DNA of 64,000 nt. Source: a virus. Its lineage: Duplodnaviria > Caudoviricetes. The stretch is taken from positions 32,001-96,000 of the IMG/VR virus record IMGVR_UViG_3300043432_000485, one strand, 5' to 3'. Positions 18,004 through 27,443 of this stretch are shown piece after piece. A program made the translations under genes and the position numbers. Each line of letters begins with the position of its first letter. Positions within the stretch are counted from its first letter, which is position 1. Under the pieces are notes generated by a model. That model saw only the letters and a list, made by a program, of their open reading frames with translations, did no database searches and was not told the DNA's origin.

Positions 18004-18541
18004 CTGGACCTCCAAAGAGCTTCTGACAGATGGCACGGCCCCGCCGGTCAATCTGTTTCCACTTGATCTTGAATGACGTGCTCTCTGGGCCTCCAAACAT
18101 GGAGGCGTTTGCGTGGATTTCCGCTAGGCCTGAGATCAACAACGTGGGTGCTTCCGGAAGAGCGCAGAACGCATCTATCCCATCAGCTTTCAAGGTGTGG
18201 ATCTTCATGTCGAGCCGCATCAGATTGGCGGAGGCCTGGGTTCCACCTACGCCAAGCCACGTACGGTACGAGACCTCAGCGTGCTCCGGGAACTTGGTTA
18301 TGCCATCTGACTGGCAGTAAGGCTTCCCACAGTCATGATAGGTCGTGTACTCCTCGATGATGTCGATTGGAGCCAACGCGCTTAACAGCTGCCCTCGATA
18401 CTGTTTGATCCAACTGGGCAGTACCCACCAACCCTCTAGATGCCCTCCTTGCAAATAGGAGATCAACTGGAGGGTGTGCCAACGGACTGACAATCCATGG
18501 TCAAACACTGACTGACCTTTGGTTTGTTGACAGTCCTGCAT
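17993..18541 (-). CDS. HD-domain protein
   Basis: HDCGKPYC...FPEHAEVS...DMKIH. Confidence 0.7.
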   Translation of the reverse strand: MQDCQQTKGQSVFDHGLSVRWHTLQLISYLQGGHLEGWWVLPSWIKQYRGQLLSALAPIDIIEEYTTYHDCGKPYCQSDGITKFPEHAEVSYRTWLGVGGTQASANLMRLDMKIHTLKADGIDAFCALPEAPTLLISGLAEIHANASMFGGPESTSFKIKWKQIDRRGRAICQKLFGGPDGL

Positions 18542-18554
18542 GTCTTGGATGAGG

Positions 18555-18881
18555 TCAATCTACGTCATCGGAGTCCTCATCAGCATCAGGGTCCATACCG
18601 GCTAGAATCATGGCATCGAAGTCCAGGTAGCGGACTGCCCACCAGCCTATGATTTCTTTGTCCTTGAGATCCGGGTACCGGGGCCTGTCCTTAGCGTCGT
18701 AGTACCTGGCTTTCAGGTCCTCCATCGTGTAAGGGATGTGCGTTTCATGTCTGCGACGTCGACCATCTTCATAGGTATAGCGCCGCAGCCCTAGGATGGA
18801 TTCGAAAAGCTCATGGTTGGCACATGAGACCTGATACTCTTCCGCACTCATCGGAACCACACCAAACACGCGGGCCGCCAT
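18555..18881 (-). CDS. Hypothetical protein
   Basis: Intact ORF in a tightly packed minus-strand run. Confidence 0.55.
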   Translation of the reverse strand: MAARVFGVVPMSAEEYQVSCANHELFESILGLRRYTYEDGRRRRHETHIPYTMEDLKARYYDAKDRPRYPDLKDKEIIGWWAVRYLDFDAMILAGMDPDADEDSDDVD

Positions 18882-19210
18882 TGGTGTGCCATCTGGATCT
18901 GGGTCGACGCTCCCTTCACCAATACAGTCGAACCAGTGAGGGGCTCTAGCTCGTTCTGGATGAAACGACGCCGGTAGCGGAAGGCGTCTATCACTCCAGT
19001 CTGCAGCTCTACGAGCCGGTTCAGATCAGTGTGCTCCAGAGTCCTTAGCCACACCTCATAGTCCGAGGCTCCTCCGAACCCGTGCCCTTTCTCTTTGGAG
19101 AAAAGCAGGGACAGGCCGCCCCTTTTCATGGGGGTGGCTTGGAACACTAGACGCTGGAGACGTTTGATCTCAGCCTGCAGCTGTTGAATGGTTTGCTCTT
19201 GCTCGGTCAC
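18848..19210 (-). CDS. Hypothetical protein with N-terminal coiled coil
   Basis: GTGA overlap with the upstream stop. Confidence 0.55.
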   Translation of the reverse strand: MTEQEQTIQQLQAEIKRLQRLVFQATPMKRGGLSLLFSKEKGHGFGGASDYEVWLRTLEHTDLNRLVELQTGVIDAFRYRRRFIQNELEPLTGSTVLVKGASTQIQMAHQWRPACLVWFR

Positions 19211-19566
19211 TCGGCAGCCTCCGTGACCTGGGCCACTACCGGCGCCGCTGCATTCAACCACTGCTCGATAGCTTCGCTGGAAAGTGCCAGCCCTCGCTGA
19301 TCAGCCATGGCTTTCATCCCACGGTTGATCCAGTAGAGGACATTGCGATCGTACTTGGGCTCCACCACATGATGGGGGATTCCGCGCAACATCGCGTAGC
19401 ACAACAACAGGCATCGGGTGTCGCGGCCGTAGCTGCGCTTGTCGTCCCAATGCTGCCAGCGGTCCATACCGCTAGACCCATGGATCAGCTTGCGGATCTC
19501 GCGACTCTCCGCTTCACGTTGACGTAACTCTGCTTTCAATTCCGGGAACTTAGACTTCTTGCTCAT
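19207..19566 (-). CDS. Hypothetical protein
   Basis: AGGAG RBS; TTGACA...TATATT promoter-like sequence upstream at about 19690-19714. Confidence 0.65.
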   Translation of the reverse strand: MSKKSKFPELKAELRQREAESREIRKLIHGSSGMDRWQHWDDKRSYGRDTRCLLLCYAMLRGIPHHVVEPKYDRNVLYWINRGMKAMADQRGLALSSEAIEQWLNAAAPVVAQVTEAAE

Positions 19567-19731
19567 GACAATTTCTCCTGTGACTGGGTGTTGACTCGTT
19601 GAAGACAACACGTCACAGGAGGGCCACGCGCGCGAGCCCAACTAGCAATCTACCAGAGATGTCCGTGAATCTGCATAGTGGGCCTAATATAGTGGCTATT
19701 GCCTACCTGTCAAGAGACAAGTAGAAAAATC

Positions 19732-20076
19732 TCACCAATCCCGGTCTTCGTCCATCTCATGACGGCGGCGGCTGCCCTTGTGCTGCTTTCGCGGCCGTGA
19801 AGGCATCTCGGGCGCGGGCTCATACCTGGGCTGCGAACGGTAGACTTCGGGGGCGGGCGCAGCGCGATGCTGGGCGGCTCCGGGATTGAACCCCTGTCCG
19901 GCTGCAGCGGCCTTGCGCTTTGCTCGGCAGCTCGGGCACCGGGTGGGAGGGTTGAACTGCTTCTCGGCAAAGAATGCCTGTTCCCCTGCTGTAAACACAA
20001 ACTTTTCGGGACAATCCCGACACATCTTTTCCTGATCTACGTAATCCGACACTGACTCAGTCTCCTTTGGTTGCAA
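19732..20076 (-). CDS. Zinc-ribbon protein (CxxC-x17-CxxC)
   Basis: CRDCPEKFVFTAGEQAFFAEKQFNPPTRCPSCR. Confidence 0.8.
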   Translation of the reverse strand: MQPKETESVSDYVDQEKMCRDCPEKFVFTAGEQAFFAEKQFNPPTRCPSCRAKRKAAAAGQGFNPGAAQHRAAPAPEVYRSQPRYEPAPEMPSRPRKQHKGSRRRHEMDEDRDW

Positions 20077-20080
20077 ATGG

Positions 20081-20497
20081 TTAGGGCCTCATTTTAGAGA
20101 GGCGGCTCGCTACTTCCTGGGAACCCTTTGAGGAGAGCCCAGATTGACGTCGTATGTTTACCCGCATAACAGGTTCCGCGCTAGTGTTCACAGTGTAGTT
20201 AATGGTGCGCGGAACCGATTCTTCTAGTCCCGGGCGCGCTTGGCGCCGAGCCAGGTCTTTTGAGACCCGCGTCACCAGCAAGAACAGCTCGCTCTTAGCG
20301 GGGTCCCCCTGATTGTGATCGGGGTGCAGCTCTAGGGCAGCCTTCTTGTAGTTCTTGCGTACCTTAATCTTCAGCTTCTTGAGGGATGCCTCTCCTTCCA
20401 GAAAGGGGGCATTTTCTATGCTCTTCAGTTCCGCCTCGGTGACACCAAGGACCTGGTAGGCTCTCTGAAGATCGTATGCTGAAAGTGGCGCGGGCAT
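20081..20497 (-). CDS. J-domain (DnaJ-like) protein
   Basis: YQVLGV...YKKAALELHPD. Confidence 0.75.
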   Translation of the reverse strand: MPAPLSAYDLQRAYQVLGVTEAELKSIENAPFLEGEASLKKLKIKVRKNYKKAALELHPDHNQGDPAKSELFLLVTRVSKDLARRQARPGLEESVPRTINYTVNTSAEPVMRVNIRRQSGLSSKGSQEVASRLSKMRP

Positions 20498-20560
20498 GTG
20501 GGTTGAGGCCGGTGGGCCTCACTCAATCAACATAGTGGGGGCACAAAAGCAAACGTGCTA

Positions 20561-20959
20561 TTAGGAACGCCCATAGTTAGTGTAGAACACGAGTCCGGAA
20601 GGCATCTCCATAGGCTTGATTTCAACCTCCCCAATCTGAAACAACCCAAAACTGGACGGTGGAGACTCTGGCTTAGGGGGGTACTCTAACAATAGTCCGG
20701 GGTTCTCATTATTGATGAGTGCATAAGCCTCCTTTACCGGCAAAGACAGTCCCCGAGCCGTGTTGGTAGCGGTCGATGAATGATGATCATGGCTGCATCT
20801 GGGTTTGTGAATCACCCAACCAAGGGCTTCTAACTCAGCCTCGTTGTGGGCATGCACCTTCTTAGATTCAATCAGCCATTGACGCTCGCGCTCGAAATCC
20901 TCTGGTGCCCAATTATCTACGCCGAGTCTGCGGATCCCTGGGAATGTTTGTTCGGTCAT
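20561..20959 (-). CDS. Hypothetical protein
   Basis: ATGA overlap; TAA-TAG double stop. Confidence 0.55.
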   Translation of the reverse strand: MTEQTFPGIRRLGVDNWAPEDFERERQWLIESKKVHAHNEAELEALGWVIHKPRCSHDHHSSTATNTARGLSLPVKEAYALINNENPGLLLEYPPKPESPPSSFGLFQIGEVEIKPMEMPSGLVFYTNYGRS

Positions 20960-21540
20960 ACCAAACTATCCTTTTTGCTCCATTGGGACAGCTTCACAGC
21001 TGCGCGCTTCAAAGCGTCGGGCTGACTGGCAACCTTCACGCCTGGCAAGCTCAACGGGAACTTGATCACAAGACGGCCAGTGCCTCGGTTGGAGCCCCAG
21101 AGCAGCAGCTCGTGCGCCCCCCAAGAGATCTCCGGGATCTCTCCATCGTAATGAGCTTCAGGGTCCGGATCGTAGGCCAACGTCACGTGGGGCTTGTACT
21201 CCGGATAGTTGTTCGAGTAGGGCATCTTCGCCGCATCGAGCTTGGCCTTTAGTGCATCCCGAAAGTCATGCAGCTCGGGCGAGAAGACCCTGCAGATCAC
21301 TGGCGTACCATCATCGCCCGCTGGGAAGCTGGAAACCCAATTGGTAGACACCGAGAAGGGGAGCGTCTTGGACGTCACTTCATACAACAAGGGAAGCATC
21401 TCCGAGATGCGTTCAATCGGGACGTCCTTTCCAAGATGAATCACCGTGATGTGAGAATGCTGCTCTCGCTTACCCTCTACAGGGATCTCCTGCAGGATTC
21501 TGGACGTCTCTTCGGGGACCGCGATCATCAATGCTGCCAT
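20956..21540 (-). CDS. 2H phosphoesterase (2'-5' RNA ligase / Acb1-like)
   Basis: Two HxT motifs: SHITV and PHVTL. Confidence 0.8.
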   Translation of the reverse strand: MAALMIAVPEETSRILQEIPVEGKREQHSHITVIHLGKDVPIERISEMLPLLYEVTSKTLPFSVSTNWVSSFPAGDDGTPVICRVFSPELHDFRDALKAKLDAAKMPYSNNYPEYKPHVTLAYDPDPEAHYDGEIPEISWGAHELLLWGSNRGTGRLVIKFPLSLPGVKVASQPDALKRAAVKLSQWSKKDSLV

Positions 21541-21558
21541 GTTGTCCTCACTAGGCGG

Positions 21559-22032
21559 TTACACAAGAGGTTCCCGCGACAGGAGACGCCGGGGCATCCA
21601 GTCCGGAAGCACATCGTCACCTGAGAACCCGAAAGCCACCCAGTACTGAGGCTCGCGCTGGAGCTGCAGCAAGCGTCCGGTCAGCGTCACCTTCTTGAAG
21701 AGCTGGCTGTACCCGCGCACCATCTTGGCTGTCTGTTCGGGATATTTTTTGCACACCTCAAACACAGAGGTGACCATCTTGTCGAATTGGTCCAGGAGCC
21801 ACTTCTCATGCTTGATCGGGGCCAGTACCAGCACCTTGTCATTGGCAAAGCCTGAACACAGAGCCAGTACTAGAACGCTCTCAGCAATCTGGGGGTCCAA
21901 TGTCCGATCGGCAATTCCCCTATATTTTGGGTAACTGTCGTATAGGCACAACTGATCATCCGTAGGTTCGGTTTCCAGCAAGGTCCTATGCCAAACATGG
22001 GCAGTTGGAGCCGGGCTCAAAAAGTCGGGCAT
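21559..22032 (-). CDS. Hypothetical protein
   Basis: ATG 7 nt after CGGTGTAAC on the minus strand. Confidence 0.6.
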   Translation of the reverse strand: MPDFLSPAPTAHVWHRTLLETEPTDDQLCLYDSYPKYRGIADRTLDPQIAESVLVLALCSGFANDKVLVLAPIKHEKWLLDQFDKMVTSVFEVCKKYPEQTAKMVRGYSQLFKKVTLTGRLLQLQREPQYWVAFGFSGDDVLPDWMPRRLLSREPLV

Positions 22033-22066
22033 GTGATTGGTTACACCGAACAGAAGGAAGCAGCGT

Positions 22067-22456
22067 ATGAAAATGCACGAACTAGTCGAACTCCGGACCC
22101 GGTTGTGGTCCGCAAAGACCCACGGATTCAAGGTGGGGGCTGCCGCCGGATTGGTCGCGTCCCTTGAGGCAATGGTTGGCCCGGTAGGCGGGGAACATCA
22201 GCGCGGCTCGGTGGATCACCTAATCGCCCTGGTGGAAAAAGCCATCAAGGCTCCGAGCGCCCCAGTCCACAAGCCAGCACCGGCATCCAAGCCCGCCCCA
22301 GCGGCGGCTAAACCGGCCCCGGCGCCCGCGGCGAAGCCCGCCGCACCCGCTCCGGCGAAGCCTGCAGCGCCTAAGCCCGCTGAAGCTCCAAAGCCAGCTC
22401 CCAAAGAGGAAGCACCCGCGGCGGAAGAGCCAGCCAAGGATCATTCAGAGAGCTGA
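22067..22456 (+). CDS. Pro/Ala/Lys-rich low-complexity protein
   Basis: AAGGA RBS; repeated KPAP(A). Confidence 0.6.
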   Translation: MKMHELVELRTRLWSAKTHGFKVGAAAGLVASLEAMVGPVGGEHQRGSVDHLIALVEKAIKAPSAPVHKPAPASKPAPAAAKPAPAPAAKPAAPAPAKPAAPKPAEAPKPAPKEEAPAAEEPAKDHSES

Positions 22457-22512
22457 ACGGTGTAGGAAGAAAGCAATCCGGATGGGTCACGGCCCTATTG
22501 CCATTCCGGGGC

Positions 22513-22538
22513 TGTGTTCGGGTGGGCTGACCCGAACA
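22513..22538. terminator. Perfect 10-bp hairpin between convergent genes
   Basis: GTGTTCGGGT-GGGCTG-ACCCGAACAC. Confidence 0.5.
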
Positions 22539-22542
22539 CGAC

Positions 22543-23091
22543 CTAGCCTTTAGCGGCTGCGATGAACAACGCCGCGGTGGCCTGATTGCGTGCCGCTTGT
22601 ACGCCGGTGCGGGAACACTGCTTGGCCGCAGTAGACCAGTCACCCTTGGCGCATGCAGCACGCAACGAAGGCCACTTGGTCAAGAGTGCCCCGGCCCCTA
22701 GATTGAAGGCCATGTCCAGGAGCGCAACTTGCGCTGACTCAGGGTACTGTTGTAGCTGGTAGCCCTTCGACAGAATGGATGCAAAATCCTGCACCCGGCG
22801 ATCGAACTCGGCGCGCAGCCCCTTTGGAGGCAAGACGCAAACCGTGTGATCCTTGTACCAAGCCGCAACCTTGCCAGGTGGGCACGCCTTCACCGCTGCC
22901 CAATCTAGAGCCACGTGATCCGCCGGCACGAAGCCCAGCTTCGCGGCATCGGCCGGACTGAACAGGGCAAAGCCGATACCACAGGTCACGACTCCAACAG
23001 TATCGAGGTACATGTGATTGATGCAACCCTCGAATGGAGAAGTAAAGGCAAACAACCTGTCAAGAACTTGCTGAGAGATGTTACCCATCAT
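22543..23091 (-). CDS. Phage lysozyme (T4-type muramidase)
   Basis: EGCINHMYLDTVGVVTCGIG (E-x8-D-x5-T); ALLDMAFNLG. Confidence 0.8.
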   Translation of the reverse strand: MMGNISQQVLDRLFAFTSPFEGCINHMYLDTVGVVTCGIGFALFSPADAAKLGFVPADHVALDWAAVKACPPGKVAAWYKDHTVCVLPPKGLRAEFDRRVQDFASILSKGYQLQQYPESAQVALLDMAFNLGAGALLTKWPSLRAACAKGDWSTAAKQCSRTGVQAARNQATAALFIAAAKG

Positions 23092-23110
23092 AATGGGTAG
23101 AGCACAAGAG

Positions 23111-23695
23111 CTATTTCGATGCCCATGTTCTCAGATAGGCCTGCCAAGCACTCGTCAAAGGGTGTTCCAGATTACCTATGGCGAGGTTACAACGTTGGCA
23201 CAGAACCGCTCTAGTTTGACCTGTTTGGTGGTTATGGTCAGCGTGGCCTCCGCCTTTGGTTGAGGCCAGCACGTTCTCGCAGCCATCGATTGCGCATTTC
23301 CCACCCTGAAGTCTGACGCACTCTTCAAAATGCTCTTGCGTGAACCCGGTGGTTTTCAGCCTGTGATGGCGTCGTTGCCCCTCCTTGATAGGTTCAGGGT
23401 TGGCCACGTAAGCCTCCTTGCGAGCCCTCAGCCTCGTCGCTCTTTCCTCGGATGTCTCAGAGGCTCGGGTCTGTTTACGCGCCGCGGATACAATATGCTT
23501 AGTCTCAGCATAGTACCGCTGGTTCCTTTCCTTTATGTTATCAAGGTTGTCCCTTCGGTATGCCTTAGCCCTGGCAAGTCCCTGGTCACGATTGGCCCAA
23601 TATGCAGACTTACTGACAGCAATGGACGTGCAAACAGTGCAAGGCTCTTCGATGGTGCAAGGGCCGGCACAAGGGCGGGTTCTTTTTCTTCCCAT
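23111..23695 (-). mobile_element. Endonuclease VII-like homing endonuclease
   Basis: CAIDGC...HADHNHQTGQTRAVLCQRCNLAIG. Confidence 0.85.
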
Positions 23696-23722
23696 GTACC
23701 TGAATACGCATAAGTGCTATAT

Positions 23723-24256
23723 TCAGGTACATAGACGAACGATATCCGTCCATGTTGCAAGTTGGACTTGCTCAGCAGTATGGAACAATTCTTGCCCTAT
23801 CTCGCTCTGGAAGCCGTCCCATACTGCCCTGATCAGTCTCTCCAAGGCAGACTTGTCTTCTAGAGTCTCCTTGAGCACGCGTCGCTTCAAAAGATGACGC
23901 AGCTTGTGTGTTCCTTCCTTTTGCGCTCTCTCAAAATCTCCCTTAGCATGCAGATTGGCTATATCCTTTCTACCGTTCCATACCACCTCTCCCGCCCAGC
24001 CAGAGTAGAGCATGCGCAAACGCCCTTCCACAGTGGGATGCCCTTGATAATCGAAGCCACCAGGACAGCAAATATTTCCAGGATGTTTGCTTAGGAAGAT
24101 CCCAAGGTCTCCTCTCTTTTTCCCCTCAGGAGTTAGAGTTCCAGGAATTAGCCCCAAACGAACCGCCTGAAGGGCATGCCCGCATTCGTGGGCTATGACC
24201 AGATCCCACCTCTCTTGTTCCCATTGGTACCCAGAGTTTGAAGAAGACTCAGGCAT
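23723..24256 (-). CDS. HExxH metallopeptidase-like protein (M41/M50-like)
   Basis: IAHECGHA; later AGE and GD motifs; AT-richer. Confidence 0.55.
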   Translation of the reverse strand: MPESSSNSGYQWEQERWDLVIAHECGHALQAVRLGLIPGTLTPEGKKRGDLGIFLSKHPGNICCPGGFDYQGHPTVEGRLRMLYSGWAGEVVWNGRKDIANLHAKGDFERAQKEGTHKLRHLLKRRVLKETLEDKSALERLIRAVWDGFQSEIGQELFHTAEQVQLATWTDIVRLCT

Positions 24257-24899
24257 ACCGAGCCATGAACTCTCGAACGGCTGCCCGCAGATCTTCCAGG
24301 GTCCCAGAGTTCTGGATCACGTGATCGAACTCCGAGTCCGGGATGCTCGCCTGCTCTGTCTCGGATGGGTGCAGCTCGCGCCCGCCTGATAGCCCGGCGC
24401 CCGGCCGCGTGATGCGCAGCACCTTGCCGCCCGCGGCCCGGATTGCGATCATCTCATTGCGGAAGCGGCAGTCCGGGATCACTACGCCCTTCGTGGTCAT
24501 GGTGTTACCAGCCGTGGTACCACCTAGCTCGTCCAGAAAGTAGAGCCCCTGCTTCTGGTCGTAGCGCGCAATCGGCTCGGTCAGCAGCGTTTGGGCGGTA
24601 CGTACGCAAAGTTCTGCCCACGTATTGGGGTAACAGTTGCGACCCCATTCGGTGCCCAAAGTCTGCAGCGCCTCACGCGGGGACAGGCATGTCCCATTCG
24701 GGCGAGGATAGCGCGAGTCTTCAGCGTTGCGAAACTGGCTAGGCCCCCATAGCTGCTGATCCGTGAATGCGTACACGTTGCGGCAGATCTGCTTCAGTGG
24801 GTCCGCGAGGGAGATTCGGATGAACCCGTGATCCTCGATCAGATACGTTGCAGTTTGGTCTTTACCCGAGCCAGCGAGTCCTGAGATTCCTATGAGCAT
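24249..24899 (-). CDS. Deoxynucleoside monophosphate kinase
   Basis: IGISGLAGSGKD, LADPLK, REALQTLGTEWGR, IPDCRFRNE, HPSE. Confidence 0.85.
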   Translation of the reverse strand: MLIGISGLAGSGKDQTATYLIEDHGFIRISLADPLKQICRNVYAFTDQQLWGPSQFRNAEDSRYPRPNGTCLSPREALQTLGTEWGRNCYPNTWAELCVRTAQTLLTEPIARYDQKQGLYFLDELGGTTAGNTMTTKGVVIPDCRFRNEMIAIRAAGGKVLRITRPGAGLSGGRELHPSETEQASIPDSEFDHVIQNSGTLEDLRAAVREFMARYA

Positions 24900-24930
24900 G
24901 TAGCCTCCTGTTCGAGGGCGCTACACCAAC

Positions 24931-25446
24931 TCAGGGAACTCGGATCCCAACTTCCCAGTGCATTCCGTCAATTCTTCCACCAACGAATGTCCCGCCCCAC
25001 ACGATGTCATGCTTCTCCGCGAACGGAACCAGCTCCAAGAGACACCCGCGAACCCCAATCTCCGCGGGCGGGCGCCCCATCCGATTCCAGTTTGCGTTCA
25101 GGTCCATCGCAGTGCCCCACGCATGATTCGAGAGGTTGTCGTCCGTTCCAGTCTTTCCTCGTTTGTATCTGGCACAGAACCCGCCGTCAAAAGTCAACAC
25201 CCGATCAAGGAGCCCAGCGGCTTCCCAATCATGCCAAAGTGCCATGAACTGGTCAGCGGCCAGCCGGTGAACCCTAGTCTTCCGCCCGTGCCACGGTAGA
25301 GGTAGCTCAATGGTCACTAGGTTGGCGGCTTCCCAACCGTCAGTAATTACAATGGCCTCCTGGTTATCGGCAACGGGTTGAGGCCGATATGCGAAGCGCC
25401 CAAACCTGGCACAACGCTCTTGGTGGGTCATCGTCCTAAGGGGCAT
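24931..25446 (-). CDS. M15 family peptidase (peptidoglycan endopeptidase-like)
   Basis: SNHAWGTAMDLN...DGMHWE. Confidence 0.85.
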   Translation of the reverse strand: MPLRTMTHQERCARFGRFAYRPQPVADNQEAIVITDGWEAANLVTIELPLPWHGRKTRVHRLAADQFMALWHDWEAAGLLDRVLTFDGGFCARYKRGKTGTDDNLSNHAWGTAMDLNANWNRMGRPPAEIGVRGCLLELVPFAEKHDIVWGGTFVGGRIDGMHWEVGIRVP

Positions 25447-25457
25447 GACCTAGAACC

Positions 25458-25486
25458 TTGACAAGAGCTTCCGGATTCGGTGTAGT
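25458..25486 (+). promoter_or_regulatory. Promoter: TTGACA-17 nt-TGTAGT
   Basis: Canonical -35 with the recurring TGTAGT hexamer in the -10 position. Confidence 0.65.
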
Positions 25487-25494
25487 AGGAGGGT

Positions 25495-25857
25495 GTGACC
25501 AAAATCAACCTAGATGAGATCGAGGCCCGCGCCAAAGCCGCCACCCCGGGACCGTGGACCGTGTGTCCAATGGACATGTACATTTTTGGTGGTGACGGTC
25601 ACATGATCGCGTCTAACTGCCCCATGGAAGATACCTGGCAAGTCCGGGGCGCGGGAGCCGAAGGCAGCGGCCAGCGGCCAGAAGGGTCCCAGGACGCAAA
25701 CGCGGCCTTCATTGCGGCTGCTCGCGAGGACATCCCTCGTTTGATCGCGGAAGTCCGACGGTTGCAAGCGCAAGTGAATGGTGAGCCGCCACCATTACGA
25801 GGGCGCTCGGATGTGGTACAGTACATCGACGACCCTGCATGGGAGAAGAAACCATGA
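25495..25857 (+). CDS. Ead/Ea22-like phage protein
   Basis: AKAATPGPW...ANAAFIAAAREDIPRLIAEVRRL. Confidence 0.75.
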   Translation: MTKINLDEIEARAKAATPGPWTVCPMDMYIFGGDGHMIASNCPMEDTWQVRGAGAEGSGQRPEGSQDANAAFIAAAREDIPRLIAEVRRLQAQVNGEPPPLRGRSDVVQYIDDPAWEKKP

Positions 25858-26252
25858 TCTACACACCATTCGAAGAAGAGCAGATCCTACTCAACAGCGG
25901 CCTTCTGGACGAGATCACCCATCAGGCGTTGGAGGCGGTCCACGACAACTACAACGAGCCACATCGCCACTACCATGCGTGGCACCACGCCCTGTCCACC
26001 ATTTCCTGGGTCAACTACTGCGCGGGGGAAACCAGGCTCAGGGGCTACACGCACTTGGAGATGGCTCTCGCGGCTCTCTACCATGACGCGGTTTACGACA
26101 CCGCGGGCTCGCCCTCCAATGAGGAGCGCAGCGTTCAGTTCCTGAGGCAGCACAATCAAGGTTACAACACGGCAGCCACCGAGCGGCTCATCATGCTCAC
26201 GGCTAAGCATGGCAAGTTGGAGCGGCTCGGTCACCATCACCTGGGAGAATGA
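25854..26252 (+). pseudogene. HD-superfamily phosphohydrolase, C-terminally truncated
   Basis: YNEPHRHYH..HH, LYHDAVY, SNEERS; lacks the usual distal DADL segment. Confidence 0.55.
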
Positions 26253-26299
26253 TGACCCAGAAGTCGAACCAGAAGTCGAACCGGAAGACGAGTTCCTAG

Positions 26300-26785
26300 A
26301 TGCCGGCTGAATGCTTCCTATTGGACGGCACCGAGGTGCCGCTGACCATGTGCCCAGACTGCGGGGCGGCTCCCTTCGAGCCGTTCTTGAGGGGTGAGGT
26401 CCAACGGTCCAAGCGCACTCTATTCTCATGGCCACCATTCAAGGTTCGCCCGTATTGCGCTTTGATCTGCCGGGCTTGCAAGAACATCGTGGGGCATGAA
26501 ATGCCCTATGTGCTAAGTTCCATGGAGAAGAGCGAGCTTCTCCGCGAAGCCGGGTTCGGTGAAAGGTTGATAGCAGAAGTGGCAGCCCTAGATCAAGTGA
26601 AGCAACGTGAGACCTTCGACCCAAACGCCGTGCGTTGGTTGCTGGACGCGGTAGCCGAGGAATACAAGATCTCCCCGGACCTGGACGCCCTTGAGGTCGA
26701 GGTGCTGCGCGCAGCTGCGGTGGTCCGGGCTTCAGAGTTCAAACCAACGCAAGAGCCCAAGCCAATTCTAGGGCTCTGGAAGTAA
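26300..26785 (+). CDS. Zinc-finger hypothetical protein
   Basis: CPDC...C..ICRAC. Confidence 0.55.
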   Translation: MPAECFLLDGTEVPLTMCPDCGAAPFEPFLRGEVQRSKRTLFSWPPFKVRPYCALICRACKNIVGHEMPYVLSSMEKSELLREAGFGERLIAEVAALDQVKQRETFDPNAVRWLLDAVAEEYKISPDLDALEVEVLRAAAVVRASEFKPTQEPKPILGLWK

Positions 26786-26795
26786 GGAACTGCTC

Positions 26796-26990
26796 ATGTG
26801 CTACCTGTGCCTCAAGGAAAACCCCTTCTCTACCATCGTTCCCCCGAATAGCTTGGACGAGAAGAAGAAGCGTCTTCGGGAGATCAAGCAAGTTCTCCGC
26901 GAAGCCAAAGGTCTCGACAAGTGCGGGACTGGAGACTCCATCGTCGAGGCTCTGATCAAAGAGCAGTACGACCTAGCCAAGGAATTGTGA
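26796..26990 (+). CDS. Small hypothetical protein
   Basis: AAGGA RBS; MCYLC start. Confidence 0.55.
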   Translation: MCYLCLKENPFSTIVPPNSLDEKKKRLREIKQVLREAKGLDKCGTGDSIVEALIKEQYDLAKEL

Positions 26991-26991
26991 C

Positions 26992-27432
26992 ATGCCGCGC
27001 AAGACAATCGCCCAATGTGAAGAACAGATCCGTAAGCTCCAGAAGGACAACGAGTTCTTATCCAAACGTGTGAACCACCTCTCCAGCTCCGCCCCGCAGA
27101 AGGAAATCGAAGCCCTGAAGCAGAGCGTGGAGATCCTCGGAAATGAGATCGTGAAGCGCAACGCATTCATCCTGGAGGTGGAGGCTAAGCTGGCTGCCGC
27201 CACGGGGACCGCTCAGGAAGAGGAGCCCCATCATATCCGAGTCCGACTGCACAAAGACGTGGTTGCGATTGCAGAACGTCTGCAGAAGACGCTGAGCATC
27301 TACACCCCCGGTGACGTTGTGGCCCACGCGCTCAACGCACTGGAGGAGCGTGAGAAGTCCACCTTGCACCACCTGAAGAATCAGGTACGCTATCTGTGGT
27401 CACAAGTTGTCGAGATCACACGTTCACGCTGA
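26992..27432 (+). CDS. Coiled-coil hypothetical protein
   Basis: Heptad pattern; tight packing. Confidence 0.6.
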   Translation: MPRKTIAQCEEQIRKLQKDNEFLSKRVNHLSSSAPQKEIEALKQSVEILGNEIVKRNAFILEVEAKLAAATGTAQEEEPHHIRVRLHKDVVAIAERLQKTLSIYTPGDVVAHALNALEEREKSTLHHLKNQVRYLWSQVVEITRSR

Positions 27433-27443
27433 AGGAGTCTCAA

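Noticed and set aside
19563-19676. Short frame with an internal TAG ending in an ATGA overlap
   Set aside because: No RBS or motif promoter and the translation does not look protein-like; more likely the 5' UTR of a TTGACA/TATATT promoter.
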